A stretch of 64,000 bases of DNA from the NCBI GenBank assembly GCA_016181265.1, contig JACOZP010000008.1, positions 20,156-84,155 of the forward strand, read 5' to 3'. Below are positions 45,030-51,685 of this stretch, piece by piece. Source of the DNA: Candidatus Woesearchaeota archaeon. Lineage in GTDB: Archaea; Nanobdellota; Nanobdellia; Woesearchaeales; GW2011-AR9. Both the position numbers and the translations under genes were made by a program. The notes below the pieces were generated by a model that saw only the letters and a program-made list of their open reading frames with translations, was not told the origin of the DNA and ran no database searches. The first letter of the stretch is position 1. Every line of letters begins with the position of its first letter.

Positions 45030-45362
45030 TTATGGTTTGCTGTTCTTTCTCTTGAGAAATCGCTGCAATGCACTTTTTGCGACGGCTAAATCATCTTCAG
45101 AAAATGTTTCCTTGCGATAGTCATTTAGTTCTGCAGCAAAACCAACAACTTGAAGATCGCGATCGTTCAAAGCAACTTTTCCGCTTTCTAACTGTTCGTT
45201 CTTCTTGAAAAAATCAGCGATAGTTTTGCCGAGTCTCTTCCGGTCAGCTTCAGGTGCACCTTGAAATTCAGTGAGGAGTTTCAACATCTTCTCTGCAAAC
45301 TCTGCACCTTGAAATTCAGTGAGGAGTTTCAACATCTTCTCTGCAAACTCCTTTTTGTTCAT
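45030..45362 (-). CDS. hypothetical small helical protein carrying a 16-aa tandem duplication
   Basis: I prefer the Met at 45362 (MNKKEFAEKML...), with an ATTTAAAT box about 30 nt upstream. The 68 extra N-terminal residues in the track ORF look non-coding. Confidence 0.5.
   Translation of the reverse strand: MNKKEFAEKMLKLLTEFQGAEFAEKMLKLLTEFQGAPEADRKRLGKTIADFFKKNEQLESGKVALNDRDLQVVGFAAELNDYRKETFSEDDLAVAKSALQRFLKRKNSKP
45255..45350. repeat. perfect 48-bp tandem direct duplication (2 copies), in frame
   Basis: TGCACCTTGAAATTCAGTGAGGAGTTTCAACATCTTCTCTGCAAACTC occurs at 45255-45302 and again at 45303-45350. It encodes EFAEKMLKLLTEFQGA twice. Confidence 0.95.
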
Positions 45363-45529
45363 TAGGTTGAGTAAGAAAAAAGAGGATTTAAATGTTTCGA
45401 AAAGAACGAGCCACTGGTCACAAAGAAAGAAACAACGCTTTCTTTCTTGTGCAGAAATATGATCGTTGTCGTATTTCTTGCACTGGACAAGTACGGGTGA
45501 ATAATATAAATCACTCATTTCTTTCAAAA

Positions 45530-45700
45530 ATGATGACCAAGAGTATAAAGAAAAGAGAAGTGACAATCTTAGAATTCCAAAGTGAAGCCGGAGTTAGGTT
45601 TAAAGTAACGCGAAGAGTGCCGGAACTACATATTGCGGAAACGATGATTTTCTCTTCAAAAGAAGAGGCAAAACAACAATTCGAAAAATGGTTACGATAA
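45530..45700 (+). CDS. small hypothetical protein (56 aa)
   Basis: ATG at 45530 with AATAATATAAAT about 25 nt upstream. MMTKSIKKREVTILEFQSEAGVRFKVTRRVPELHIAETMIFSSKEEAKQQFEKWLR. The upstream part of track ORF 45392-45700 overlaps the opposite gene and is discounted. Confidence 0.35.
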   Translation: MMTKSIKKREVTILEFQSEAGVRFKVTRRVPELHIAETMIFSSKEEAKQQFEKWLR

Positions 45701-46009
45701 ATATTTAGAAAATCTTTTTGATTTCATCTCTAGAATCTCTTTTAACTGAGGATTATCATAATTATAAACATCAGGGATATCAAACGAAAGTATCCTCTTC
45801 TGTACACTTAACTCCGGAAAACGTTTCTCTACTTCTTGACGTTGTTCTTCTTCCATAACGACAACGATATCGGCCCAACGTAACTGTTTTTCATGAAGAG
45901 GCTTACTATTATAGAGTCCGGCAGATTGAGTATTGAACTTATTTTGAAAGATATGTTCTGCTAATTTACTGCGATTCCGATTTTGATTACAGATGAAAAG
46001 GACGTTCAT
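45692..46009 (-). CDS. low-molecular-weight phosphotyrosine phosphatase / ArsC-like protein
   Basis: MNVLFICNQNRNRSKLAE gives the CX5R(S) P-loop at the N-terminus. Met at 46009 chosen. Confidence 0.75.
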   Translation of the reverse strand: MNVLFICNQNRNRSKLAEHIFQNKFNTQSAGLYNSKPLHEKQLRWADIVVVMEEEQRQEVEKRFPELSVQKRILSFDIPDVYNYDNPQLKEILEMKSKRFSKYLS

Positions 46010-46067
46010 ATTACCGTGAAATGTTCTTAGAAAATAAAAGCTTTGCGAAGCGTACAAGAAGAAAGAG

Positions 46068-46220
46068 TGGGGCTGCTGGGATTTGAATTTCTGAACAATA
46101 AGTGGATTACTTATTATTTCCCAGATCCGAAGCTGGCTTCAGGGAAAGGTCTTGTCATTGCATAAAGCTCAACCCTCCACCACTGGAGGCTCCTATTCTG
46201 CCAGGTTATACTACAGCCCC
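46068..46220 (-). tRNA. tRNA-Trp(CCA) gene with two introns (48 nt at 37/38; 32 nt between 53/54)
   Basis: Minus strand: GGGGCTG-TA-GTAT-AACCTGGCA-GAAT-A-GGAGC-CTCCAG[46182-46135]A-GCTTC-GGAT-CTGGG[46119-46088]TTCAAAT-CCCAG-CAGCCCC-A. The acceptor, anticodon and T stems pair well. The D stem is weak (one A-A mismatch). No encoded CCA. Confidence 0.65.
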
Positions 46221-46251
46221 CCACAGAAAGTTCAAAACAAGACCGGTTTTA

Positions 46252-46470
46252 TTAATGTTTTTGTTTCGCGGCCTTTGGTTCTTCCGGAATGATAATCCAT
46301 GCGATAATGTATGCAAGAATTCCCAATCCCATCGAGAAGAGCGTGGCAATAACCCAAATCAGACGGACGAGAACGGGATCTACTTCGAAATAATCGGCGA
46401 TACCTGCACAGACCCCGCCAATGATCTGATTATTTCTACTGCGATAAAGACGCTTGATGGGTTTTTTCAT
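46252..46470 (-). CDS. PspC-domain membrane protein
   Basis: LYRSRNNQIIGGVCAGIADYFEVDPVLVRLIWVIATL is the PspC domain signature. Confidence 0.85.
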   Translation of the reverse strand: MKKPIKRLYRSRNNQIIGGVCAGIADYFEVDPVLVRLIWVIATLFSMGLGILAYIIAWIIIPEEPKAAKQKH

Positions 46471-46686
46471 CTGATTAATAAAACAAGCGCAATTTAAAAA
46501 TTCTACGGAGAAATCTTTTTATAGGAGGTAGTATTTCACAGGATCATGCCAAATAAAACCAGTGATTGTCGGTGGCAGTAAAAGTTACTCTTTTCTAGAT
46601 TATTCTCTATTTGAACAGAAGATAAAACTCTTCTTCTCACAGTTCTGGTGCTGGCGATAACAATCCCTAGTCCGTTTTCTATTCAA

Positions 46687-46760
46687 GGGATTATAGTTTA
46701 ATGATAAAATTTCAGGCTCCAGACTTGAAGATCCGGGTTTAATTCCCGGTAATCCCACCA
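46687..46760 (+). tRNA. atypical intron-less tRNA-Trp(CCA) with encoded CCA
   Basis: GGGATTA-TA-GTTT-AATGATA-AAAT-T-TCAGG-CTCCAGA-CTTGA-AGAT-CCGGG-TTTAATT-CCCGG-TAATCCC-A-CCA. The cloverleaf is complete, but the D-loop lacks GG and the T-loop is TTTAATT rather than TTCRAAT. Confidence 0.7.
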
Positions 46761-46786
46761 AAAACAAAAACACGGAGGAAACAACA

Positions 46787-46885
46787 ATGACAGAAACAAA
46801 ACTGTATGTGCTAAAACAATATGTGAGGAAATATCCCGAGGATATGATTAGATTACCGGAATCTCTGCGGTGGCGATCTTACTGA
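46787..46885 (+). CDS. 32-aa ORF with strong SD; possibly the detached 5' part of the next ORF
   Basis: GGAGG 9 nt upstream of the ATG. MTETKLYVLKQYVRKYPEDMIRLPESLRWRSY. The next ORF is open in the +1 frame from 46848. Confidence 0.3.
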   Translation: MTETKLYVLKQYVRKYPEDMIRLPESLRWRSY

Positions 46886-46892
46886 AGTTGCG

Positions 46893-47390
46893 TTGGAATC
46901 GTTTGGACAAGGAATGACTCCGCAGGAAGTCTTAGATCATCTGCTTCCAAATGAAGTTTTGTTTGTGCTTCTTGACGAACAACGACGAGGACGTGGTTTC
47001 GCGGGTTTGGAAAGAAGAACGTATTACACAGACCTGACGGGAGCGGTCCTCGGAAAAGAAGAGCAACGCCGCGGATTGTATCGAGCTTTAACACGGGAGA
47101 GAATTGAGTATAGCTTGGCTTTTGCGGGTCATACTTTTAAGACGCGAACGCAAAACCCGCGCGTGGAAGCAGGGATCTGTTCTGTATTGGAAGAGATCAC
47201 TGAAGAGAATCGCCGGGGACATCGTCCGTTGCAGTCGTTGATGGTGACAAGGGAATCGAAACCAGGTCTTTATGGAAGAATGTTGACGGCAAAAAGACCA
47301 CTCTCTAGCAACGAAAAGCTCAATGCCCATTATGAGCAGCTCTGTTACGAAAGAGGAGATGCGTTCGAGCTGACATTCTCTTTAAAGTAG
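46893..47390 (+). CDS. hypothetical protein (possible acyltransferase-like motif), start uncertain
   Basis: TTG start in the track; first ATG at 46914. VLFVLLDEQRRGRGFAGLE loosely resembles GNAT motif A. Confidence 0.45.
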   Translation: MESFGQGMTPQEVLDHLLPNEVLFVLLDEQRRGRGFAGLERRTYYTDLTGAVLGKEEQRRGLYRALTRERIEYSLAFAGHTFKTRTQNPRVEAGICSVLEEITEENRRGHRPLQSLMVTRESKPGLYGRMLTAKRPLSSNEKLNAHYEQLCYERGDAFELTFSLK

Positions 47391-47472
47391 AAAGTGACGA
47401 GAAAGAGATATCTAAAAACTTTTTTTTCTTTTTTATTCCCCCCATAATTTTATATAACGCACTGACTCCACT

Positions 47473-48549
47473 ATGCAGATGATCACTCTCGATGGTTCTC
47501 AAGGGGAAGGCGGTGGCGCGCTTGTACGGGTGGCTTTAGCGCTGTCTACATTTACGGGAAAAGAATTCAAAGTTACTAATATCCGCGCGGGACGAGAGCA
47601 GGGTGGTCTGAAAGCGCAACATCTTGCTGCGATTAAAGCGTTGAAGAAAATGTGCGATGCAGAAACAAATGAGGTACAGATCGGCTCGACGGATTTGTGG
47701 TTTAAACCAGGGGAAATAAAAGGAGGAAGATATGAATTTGATATTGGTACCGCTGGGAGTATCACTTTATTCTTGCAGGCGATCATTTTGCCTTGCCTGT
47801 TTGCACCAAAGAAAGTGACTCTTACTGTTAAAGGAGGAACGTCGGGGAAATGGCAGGCATCAGTTGATTATCTACAATATGTACTTCTGCCACAGCTCAA
47901 GAGATTTGTAGAAAAGATCGAAGTAAAAATTTTGAAACGAGGGTATTATCCAGAAGGAGGAGGAGAGATCATTTTAGAGATCATACCAAAATATACAAAA
48001 GAGGAGATCGAAGAAAAAATTTCGATAATGAGATTAGTAGAGCAAGGGACGTTAGAACAGATCAAAGGAATCGTCAATCTATCATCAGAATTAGAAGAGC
48101 AACGGGTAGGAGAACGCATCCGACAGACAGTGGAGATGGGATTACGAGACTACCATGTTCCGACGACGATTCGGGTAGAGTATGCGCGGAGCAGTAGTAT
48201 CGGAGGAGAAGTTGTCATCTGGGCGCTCTTTAGCTCAGCGAAAGATGAGGAGAGAAAGAATCCGGTCATTCTGGGAGGAGATGCGTTGCTGGAAAAAGGA
48301 AAGCGCTCAGAAGATGTGGCGAAAGAAGCGATTGCGGAATTACGCGAAGAAATCGATAATGGAGCTGTCGTTGATCAGCACTTAGCGGACCAGTTAATTC
48401 CTTTTATGGGATTATTACCCGGTTCAATGATAAAAGTGCGAGAGATCACTCCGCATACGCAGACGAATATTGATATTGTTGAGAAATTTCTGCCGGTTAG
48501 ATTCAGTGTAGAAGAGAAACTTATAAAAGTGGAAGCGTATCAGAAATAG
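47473..48549 (+). CDS. rtcA: RNA 3'-terminal phosphate cyclase
   Basis: ITLDGSQGEGGGALVRVALALS N-terminal signature and the C-terminal VDQHLADQLIPFM region, characteristic of RtcA. Confidence 0.88.
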   Translation: MQMITLDGSQGEGGGALVRVALALSTFTGKEFKVTNIRAGREQGGLKAQHLAAIKALKKMCDAETNEVQIGSTDLWFKPGEIKGGRYEFDIGTAGSITLFLQAIILPCLFAPKKVTLTVKGGTSGKWQASVDYLQYVLLPQLKRFVEKIEVKILKRGYYPEGGGEIILEIIPKYTKEEIEEKISIMRLVEQGTLEQIKGIVNLSSELEEQRVGERIRQTVEMGLRDYHVPTTIRVEYARSSSIGGEVVIWALFSSAKDEERKNPVILGGDALLEKGKRSEDVAKEAIAELREEIDNGAVVDQHLADQLIPFMGLLPGSMIKVREITPHTQTNIDIVEKFLPVRFSVEEKLIKVEAYQK

Positions 48550-48550
48550 A

Positions 48551-48964
48551 TTGATGAATATTTTCCTTTGTTGCAGCAAACATTTTTACGATAAAATCCC
48601 ACCAATTAAAGAAACGTTAGAGAAAAAAGGACATAACATCACATTGCCAAATAGTTATGATGAGCCGTTTAAAGAGGATGAAGTGAGAAGACTCGGTGAA
48701 AAAGAACATCAAGAATGGAAAGCAATGATGATTAGGTTACAAGAGACAAAGATTAAAGCGAATGATGCAATCTTAGTTCTTAATTTTGAGAAGAAAGGAA
48801 TGGCGAATTATGTAGGTGGGGCGACATTCTTAGAAATGTTCAAAGCGTTTGAATTAGGAAAGAAAATATTCTTGTATAATCCCATTCCAGAATCAATCCT
48901 GACGGATGAGATCAAAGGATTTGGACCGATTGTGATCGGAGGGAATTTGAGTAACGTAAACTGA
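48551..48964 (+). CDS. nucleoside 2-deoxyribosyltransferase-like (Rossmann-like) protein
   Basis: NIFLCCS...IKANDAILVLNFEKKGMANYVGGATFLEMFKAFELGKKIFLYN follows the pattern of the NDT/DUF4406-type fold. Starts 1 nt after the rtcA stop. Confidence 0.45.
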   Translation: MMNIFLCCSKHFYDKIPPIKETLEKKGHNITLPNSYDEPFKEDEVRRLGEKEHQEWKAMMIRLQETKIKANDAILVLNFEKKGMANYVGGATFLEMFKAFELGKKIFLYNPIPESILTDEIKGFGPIVIGGNLSNVN

Positions 48965-48998
48965 AACATTTATAAATAACCTATCTTCTCACGTGGCT

Positions 48999-49169
48999 AT
49001 GGAAGGAAAATACTGTAGTTCATGCAAAAAGAAAATTGTCAATGACCGAGGCAGTGTCACATTCAAATGCCCGCAATGTAGCAATCAAGAGTTTGTACGA
49101 TGCAGCAGCTGCCGGACAAATGCGGTAAAATATGTCTGCCCACAATGTAGTTTCATCGGGCCTAATTAA
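48999..49169 (+). CDS. zinc-ribbon protein (56 aa) of the type commonly found upstream of aEF-1beta
   Basis: Own translation: MEGKYCSSCKKKIVNDRGSVTFKCPQCSNQEFVRCSSCRTNAVKYVCPQCSFIGPN. Four CxxC pairs. TATAAATAAC box about 25 nt upstream. Confidence 0.65.
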   Translation: MEGKYCSSCKKKIVNDRGSVTFKCPQCSNQEFVRCSSCRTNAVKYVCPQCSFIGPN

Positions 49170-49175
49170 ATTACC

Positions 49176-49454
49176 ATGGCAAAAGCAATCATCACGTTCA
49201 AACTGATGCCAGAGTCGGTTGATGTGGATTTAGGAAAAATCCGAGAGAAAGCATTAGTCATCGCTAAAGAAGCAGGTGCAATCGGTCAGATGCAGGCAAA
49301 GGAAGAACCAATTGCATTTGGATTAAAAGCAGTTCTTGTTCTTGCGATGTATGAAGTAGGTAATGCTGATTTTGATGGGATCGCTGCAAAGATGAGTGAA
49401 ATCGAAGACGTGCAATCCGCAGAGGTAGCAAAGATGGATTTAGCTTTGGGCTAA
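49176..49454 (+). CDS. ef1b: translation elongation factor aEF-1 beta
   Basis: 92 aa. MAKAIITFKLMPESVDVDL...IAFGLKAVLVLAMYE...VQSAEV matches the archaeal EF-1beta pattern. Confidence 0.88.
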   Translation: MAKAIITFKLMPESVDVDLGKIREKALVIAKEAGAIGQMQAKEEPIAFGLKAVLVLAMYEVGNADFDGIAAKMSEIEDVQSAEVAKMDLALG

Positions 49455-49457
49455 AAT

Positions 49458-50297
49458 TTATGTGAGTGATTCTAAAACTTTCAATCGATCTCGAGCATCA
49501 ATACTTTGTCCCCACAAATGCCAAAATACTTTTTGGGTCCAAGCTATCCATGCTTGGTCTTTAATGAGGTAAAATAAGAATGATTTCTCTTTGACTTCAC
49601 GACATAATTGGGGACTCATCACTTCTTTGATGGACATCAGAGTGTCGTCAACAAGAACCGCGCGCAAAGGCTGTTCGCAGTGTCTAATTTCGATGGCATC
49701 CCAACCGCAGCGCAGATTAAGGGAGAGCATATCGACAGTATTCTTATGAGAAGTAAGATCGACGCGAGTCAATATTTTGATCCTGACTTTTTTGGCCGCT
49801 AACATTTCAATAACTGCACGCATGTCTGGTCCTAATTCCATCCAGGAAAGATTCCCTGAAAAGAAAAGAACCTGTTGTTGTGCGTTTGCCAACATGGTAT
49901 CATACCGTATCGGTTCAGGCGTTAAGAATTCCTGAGATTCTAAGAAAAGCTGGCGCTTATCTTCATCGACGAATTGATACAGATCAAATGGAGAGAAATC
50001 TTCCTTGCGTCTTCCCTGGACGAGCCTAGTGAATAGTCTCTCTTGATATGCACTTCCTTTTGTTCTCTCTAACGCATTCCAATACACAACCTTTAACGCT
50101 CCTCTGCTCCCTTCCCGAAAGATTCTCGTCGAGATCAAGCCAGTTTCTTGTGCGATCAGTTCGATATAGCGGTCAGCAGTACGCCAGTTCTTTTGGATAG
50201 ACTGAGCAACTTCTTGAACGGTTCTCGGTTTCTGTTGGATGAGCTGAAGGATACTATCTTTTATCTCTTTTTGCACCAAAGTACAACACCACGACAA
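49458..50297 (-). CDS. TrmB-like transcriptional regulator (wHTH + C-terminal sensor-like domain)
   Basis: ILQLIQQKPRTVQEVAQSIQKNWRTADRYIELIAQETGLI wHTH. The ~180-aa C-terminal domain resembles the PLD-like effector domain of the TrmB family. Divergent from the 50347 cassette. Confidence 0.6.
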   Translation of the reverse strand: MSWCCTLVQKEIKDSILQLIQQKPRTVQEVAQSIQKNWRTADRYIELIAQETGLISTRIFREGSRGALKVVYWNALERTKGSAYQERLFTRLVQGRRKEDFSPFDLYQFVDEDKRQLFLESQEFLTPEPIRYDTMLANAQQQVLFFSGNLSWMELGPDMRAVIEMLAAKKVRIKILTRVDLTSHKNTVDMLSLNLRCGWDAIEIRHCEQPLRAVLVDDTLMSIKEVMSPQLCREVKEKSFLFYLIKDQAWIAWTQKVFWHLWGQSIDARDRLKVLESLT

Positions 50298-50346
50298 TTT
50301 TTTTGAGAGTAATGGCTATCTTTTCTACAAGTATATATGTATTCTG

Positions 50347-50877
50347 ATGGAGAAATATATACTCACGGGAGGGCCAGGAACTGGAAAAACAACACTTCTG
50401 AGAGAATTGGGAAGATTAGGGTACGAGGTAATTCCCGAAGCAGCGCGAGGAATTATTGCGGAGGAAATGAATAAAGAAAAAGCAGTTCTTCCTTGGACAG
50501 ACTTAGAGAACTTCCAGAGACTGGTCATCAAACGACAATTAGAGTTAGAAAAAGGATCCAATGGGAGGAGACAATTCCTTGACCGTTCGCTTGTTGATTC
50601 TATTGCTTACTGTGAGCAGGGAGGGATCCCTCCGCCAGAAAATATGTATTCTTTGATCAGTCAAGCCCGCTATACAAGAGTATTCTTTCTCGAACAACTT
50701 CCGACTTACGTTCAAGATAGAGAACGGAAAGAAGACAAAACAGCAGCAGAATGGATCCACAAAAGATTATACGAGGTCTATGATCGCTTTGGTTTTGAGA
50801 TCACAAGACTCCCGCCTTCTGGAATTGATAGACGTGTAGAGATGATCATTGCTGAAATAGGAGATACAAAGAGGTGA
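50347..50877 (+). CDS. P-loop NTPase/kinase of the AAA_28 / NadR-ribosylnicotinamide-kinase-like type
   Basis: MEKYILTGGPGTGKTTLLRELGRLGYEVIPEAAR Walker A plus FLDRS (Walker B-like). 176 aa. Confidence 0.7.
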   Translation: MEKYILTGGPGTGKTTLLRELGRLGYEVIPEAARGIIAEEMNKEKAVLPWTDLENFQRLVIKRQLELEKGSNGRRQFLDRSLVDSIAYCEQGGIPPPENMYSLISQARYTRVFFLEQLPTYVQDRERKEDKTAAEWIHKRLYEVYDRFGFEITRLPPSGIDRRVEMIIAEIGDTKR

Positions 50878-50881
50878 GATA

Positions 50882-51685
50882 ATGGACTTAGAACTGCTGA
50901 CGTTTGCGGAGACGTTTTATGTAAGCAAGGGGTATAAAAAGATAGAAGTTCCTTGGACTGTTGACCAGGATGTATTAGATATTACCTTACCACTGGGGAG
51001 AATCGGCGCTGACCTTTTTGGAAAGCTATTAGTAGGATCAGCCGAACAATCATTTCTCCAACTCATCAAAGAGAAGAAACTTTCCCCAGGAAAATATGTT
51101 GCTACTACCCCTTGTTTTCGTGACGACCCGGTTGATGATCTTCATCAGAAATATTTTATGAAGACGGAACTTATTGATTTTTCTGTCGAAGAAAGAGAGG
51201 TAGCAGAGCGATTAGAACAGGTGATGAGAGATGCATTAGAATTTTTTAATTTCTTTCTTCCAATTCGAAAAAAACAGACAGATATGGGGTATGATATTGT
51301 CGATGATAAACGGGAGATAGAACTGGGTTCATATGGAGTTCGGAGCCATGCTTTTTCGGAAGGTCATCGGGTTACGTGGATTTATGGAACTGGAATAGCT
51401 CTTCCCAGATTGACGGATGTAACAGAAAGTGTAAAGAAAAAAGGATATCACGAGATGATTATCCCCAAAGCGCCAGCTGGGTCATTTCTGAAAATTGCTG
51501 AGGAATTTAGAGAGGCGAGAGATGCTTATATGAATCATAATCCAATTATGCTATTAGTCGAACTAGCAGATATTTATGGCGCAATGGAATTATTTCTAGA
51601 GAAGCATTCCCCAGAAATCAGCATGGAAGACGTCCGAAGATTACAGGAAGTGACAAGGAGGGCATTTCAGAATGGTCGACGATAG
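50882..51685 (+). CDS. minimal class II aaRS-like (SerRS-type) catalytic core fused to a MazG-like NTP pyrophosphohydrolase domain
   Basis: TPCFRDDPVDDLHQKYFMKTELIDF (motif 2-like, compare SerRS cFRxE...HQFxKvE). WIYGTGIALPRL (motif 3-like). C-terminal KIAEEFREARDA...LLVELADIYGAMELFLEKH (MazG/HisE EExxE...ExxD pattern). Confidence 0.55.
   Translation: MDLELLTFAETFYVSKGYKKIEVPWTVDQDVLDITLPLGRIGADLFGKLLVGSAEQSFLQLIKEKKLSPGKYVATTPCFRDDPVDDLHQKYFMKTELIDFSVEEREVAERLEQVMRDALEFFNFFLPIRKKQTDMGYDIVDDKREIELGSYGVRSHAFSEGHRVTWIYGTGIALPRLTDVTESVKKKGYHEMIIPKAPAGSFLKIAEEFREARDAYMNHNPIMLLVELADIYGAMELFLEKHSPEISMEDVRRLQEVTRRAFQNGRR

Noticed and set aside
45255-45350. Tandem repeat as a mini CRISPR-like or satellite array
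   Set aside because: Only two units with no spacers, lying in frame within a CDS. This is a simple duplication.
45363-45566. N-terminal 68-aa extension of ORF 45030-45566
   Set aside because: The extension (MSLLFSLYSWSSFLKEMSDLYY...) is hydrophobic and aromatic and unlike the rest of the protein. It overlaps a plausible + strand micro-gene, and a TATA-like box sits about 30 nt upstream of the internal Met at 45362.
46135-46182. Box C/D guide RNA inside the tRNA-Trp 37/38 intron (as in Haloferax and other Euryarchaeota)
   Set aside because: A CTGA (box D-like) is present near the 3' end, but there is no RUGAUGA box C (only GTTGAGC/ATGACA). The intron is too short (48 nt) for C/D plus C'/D'. 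The 11 nt upstream of CTGA are not complementary to the tRNA.
46102-46497. Plus-strand ORF of 131 aa
   Set aside because: It overlaps the two-intron tRNA on the opposite strand and is antisense to a clear PspC-domain gene (46252-46470). It has no motif and an alt-start codon.
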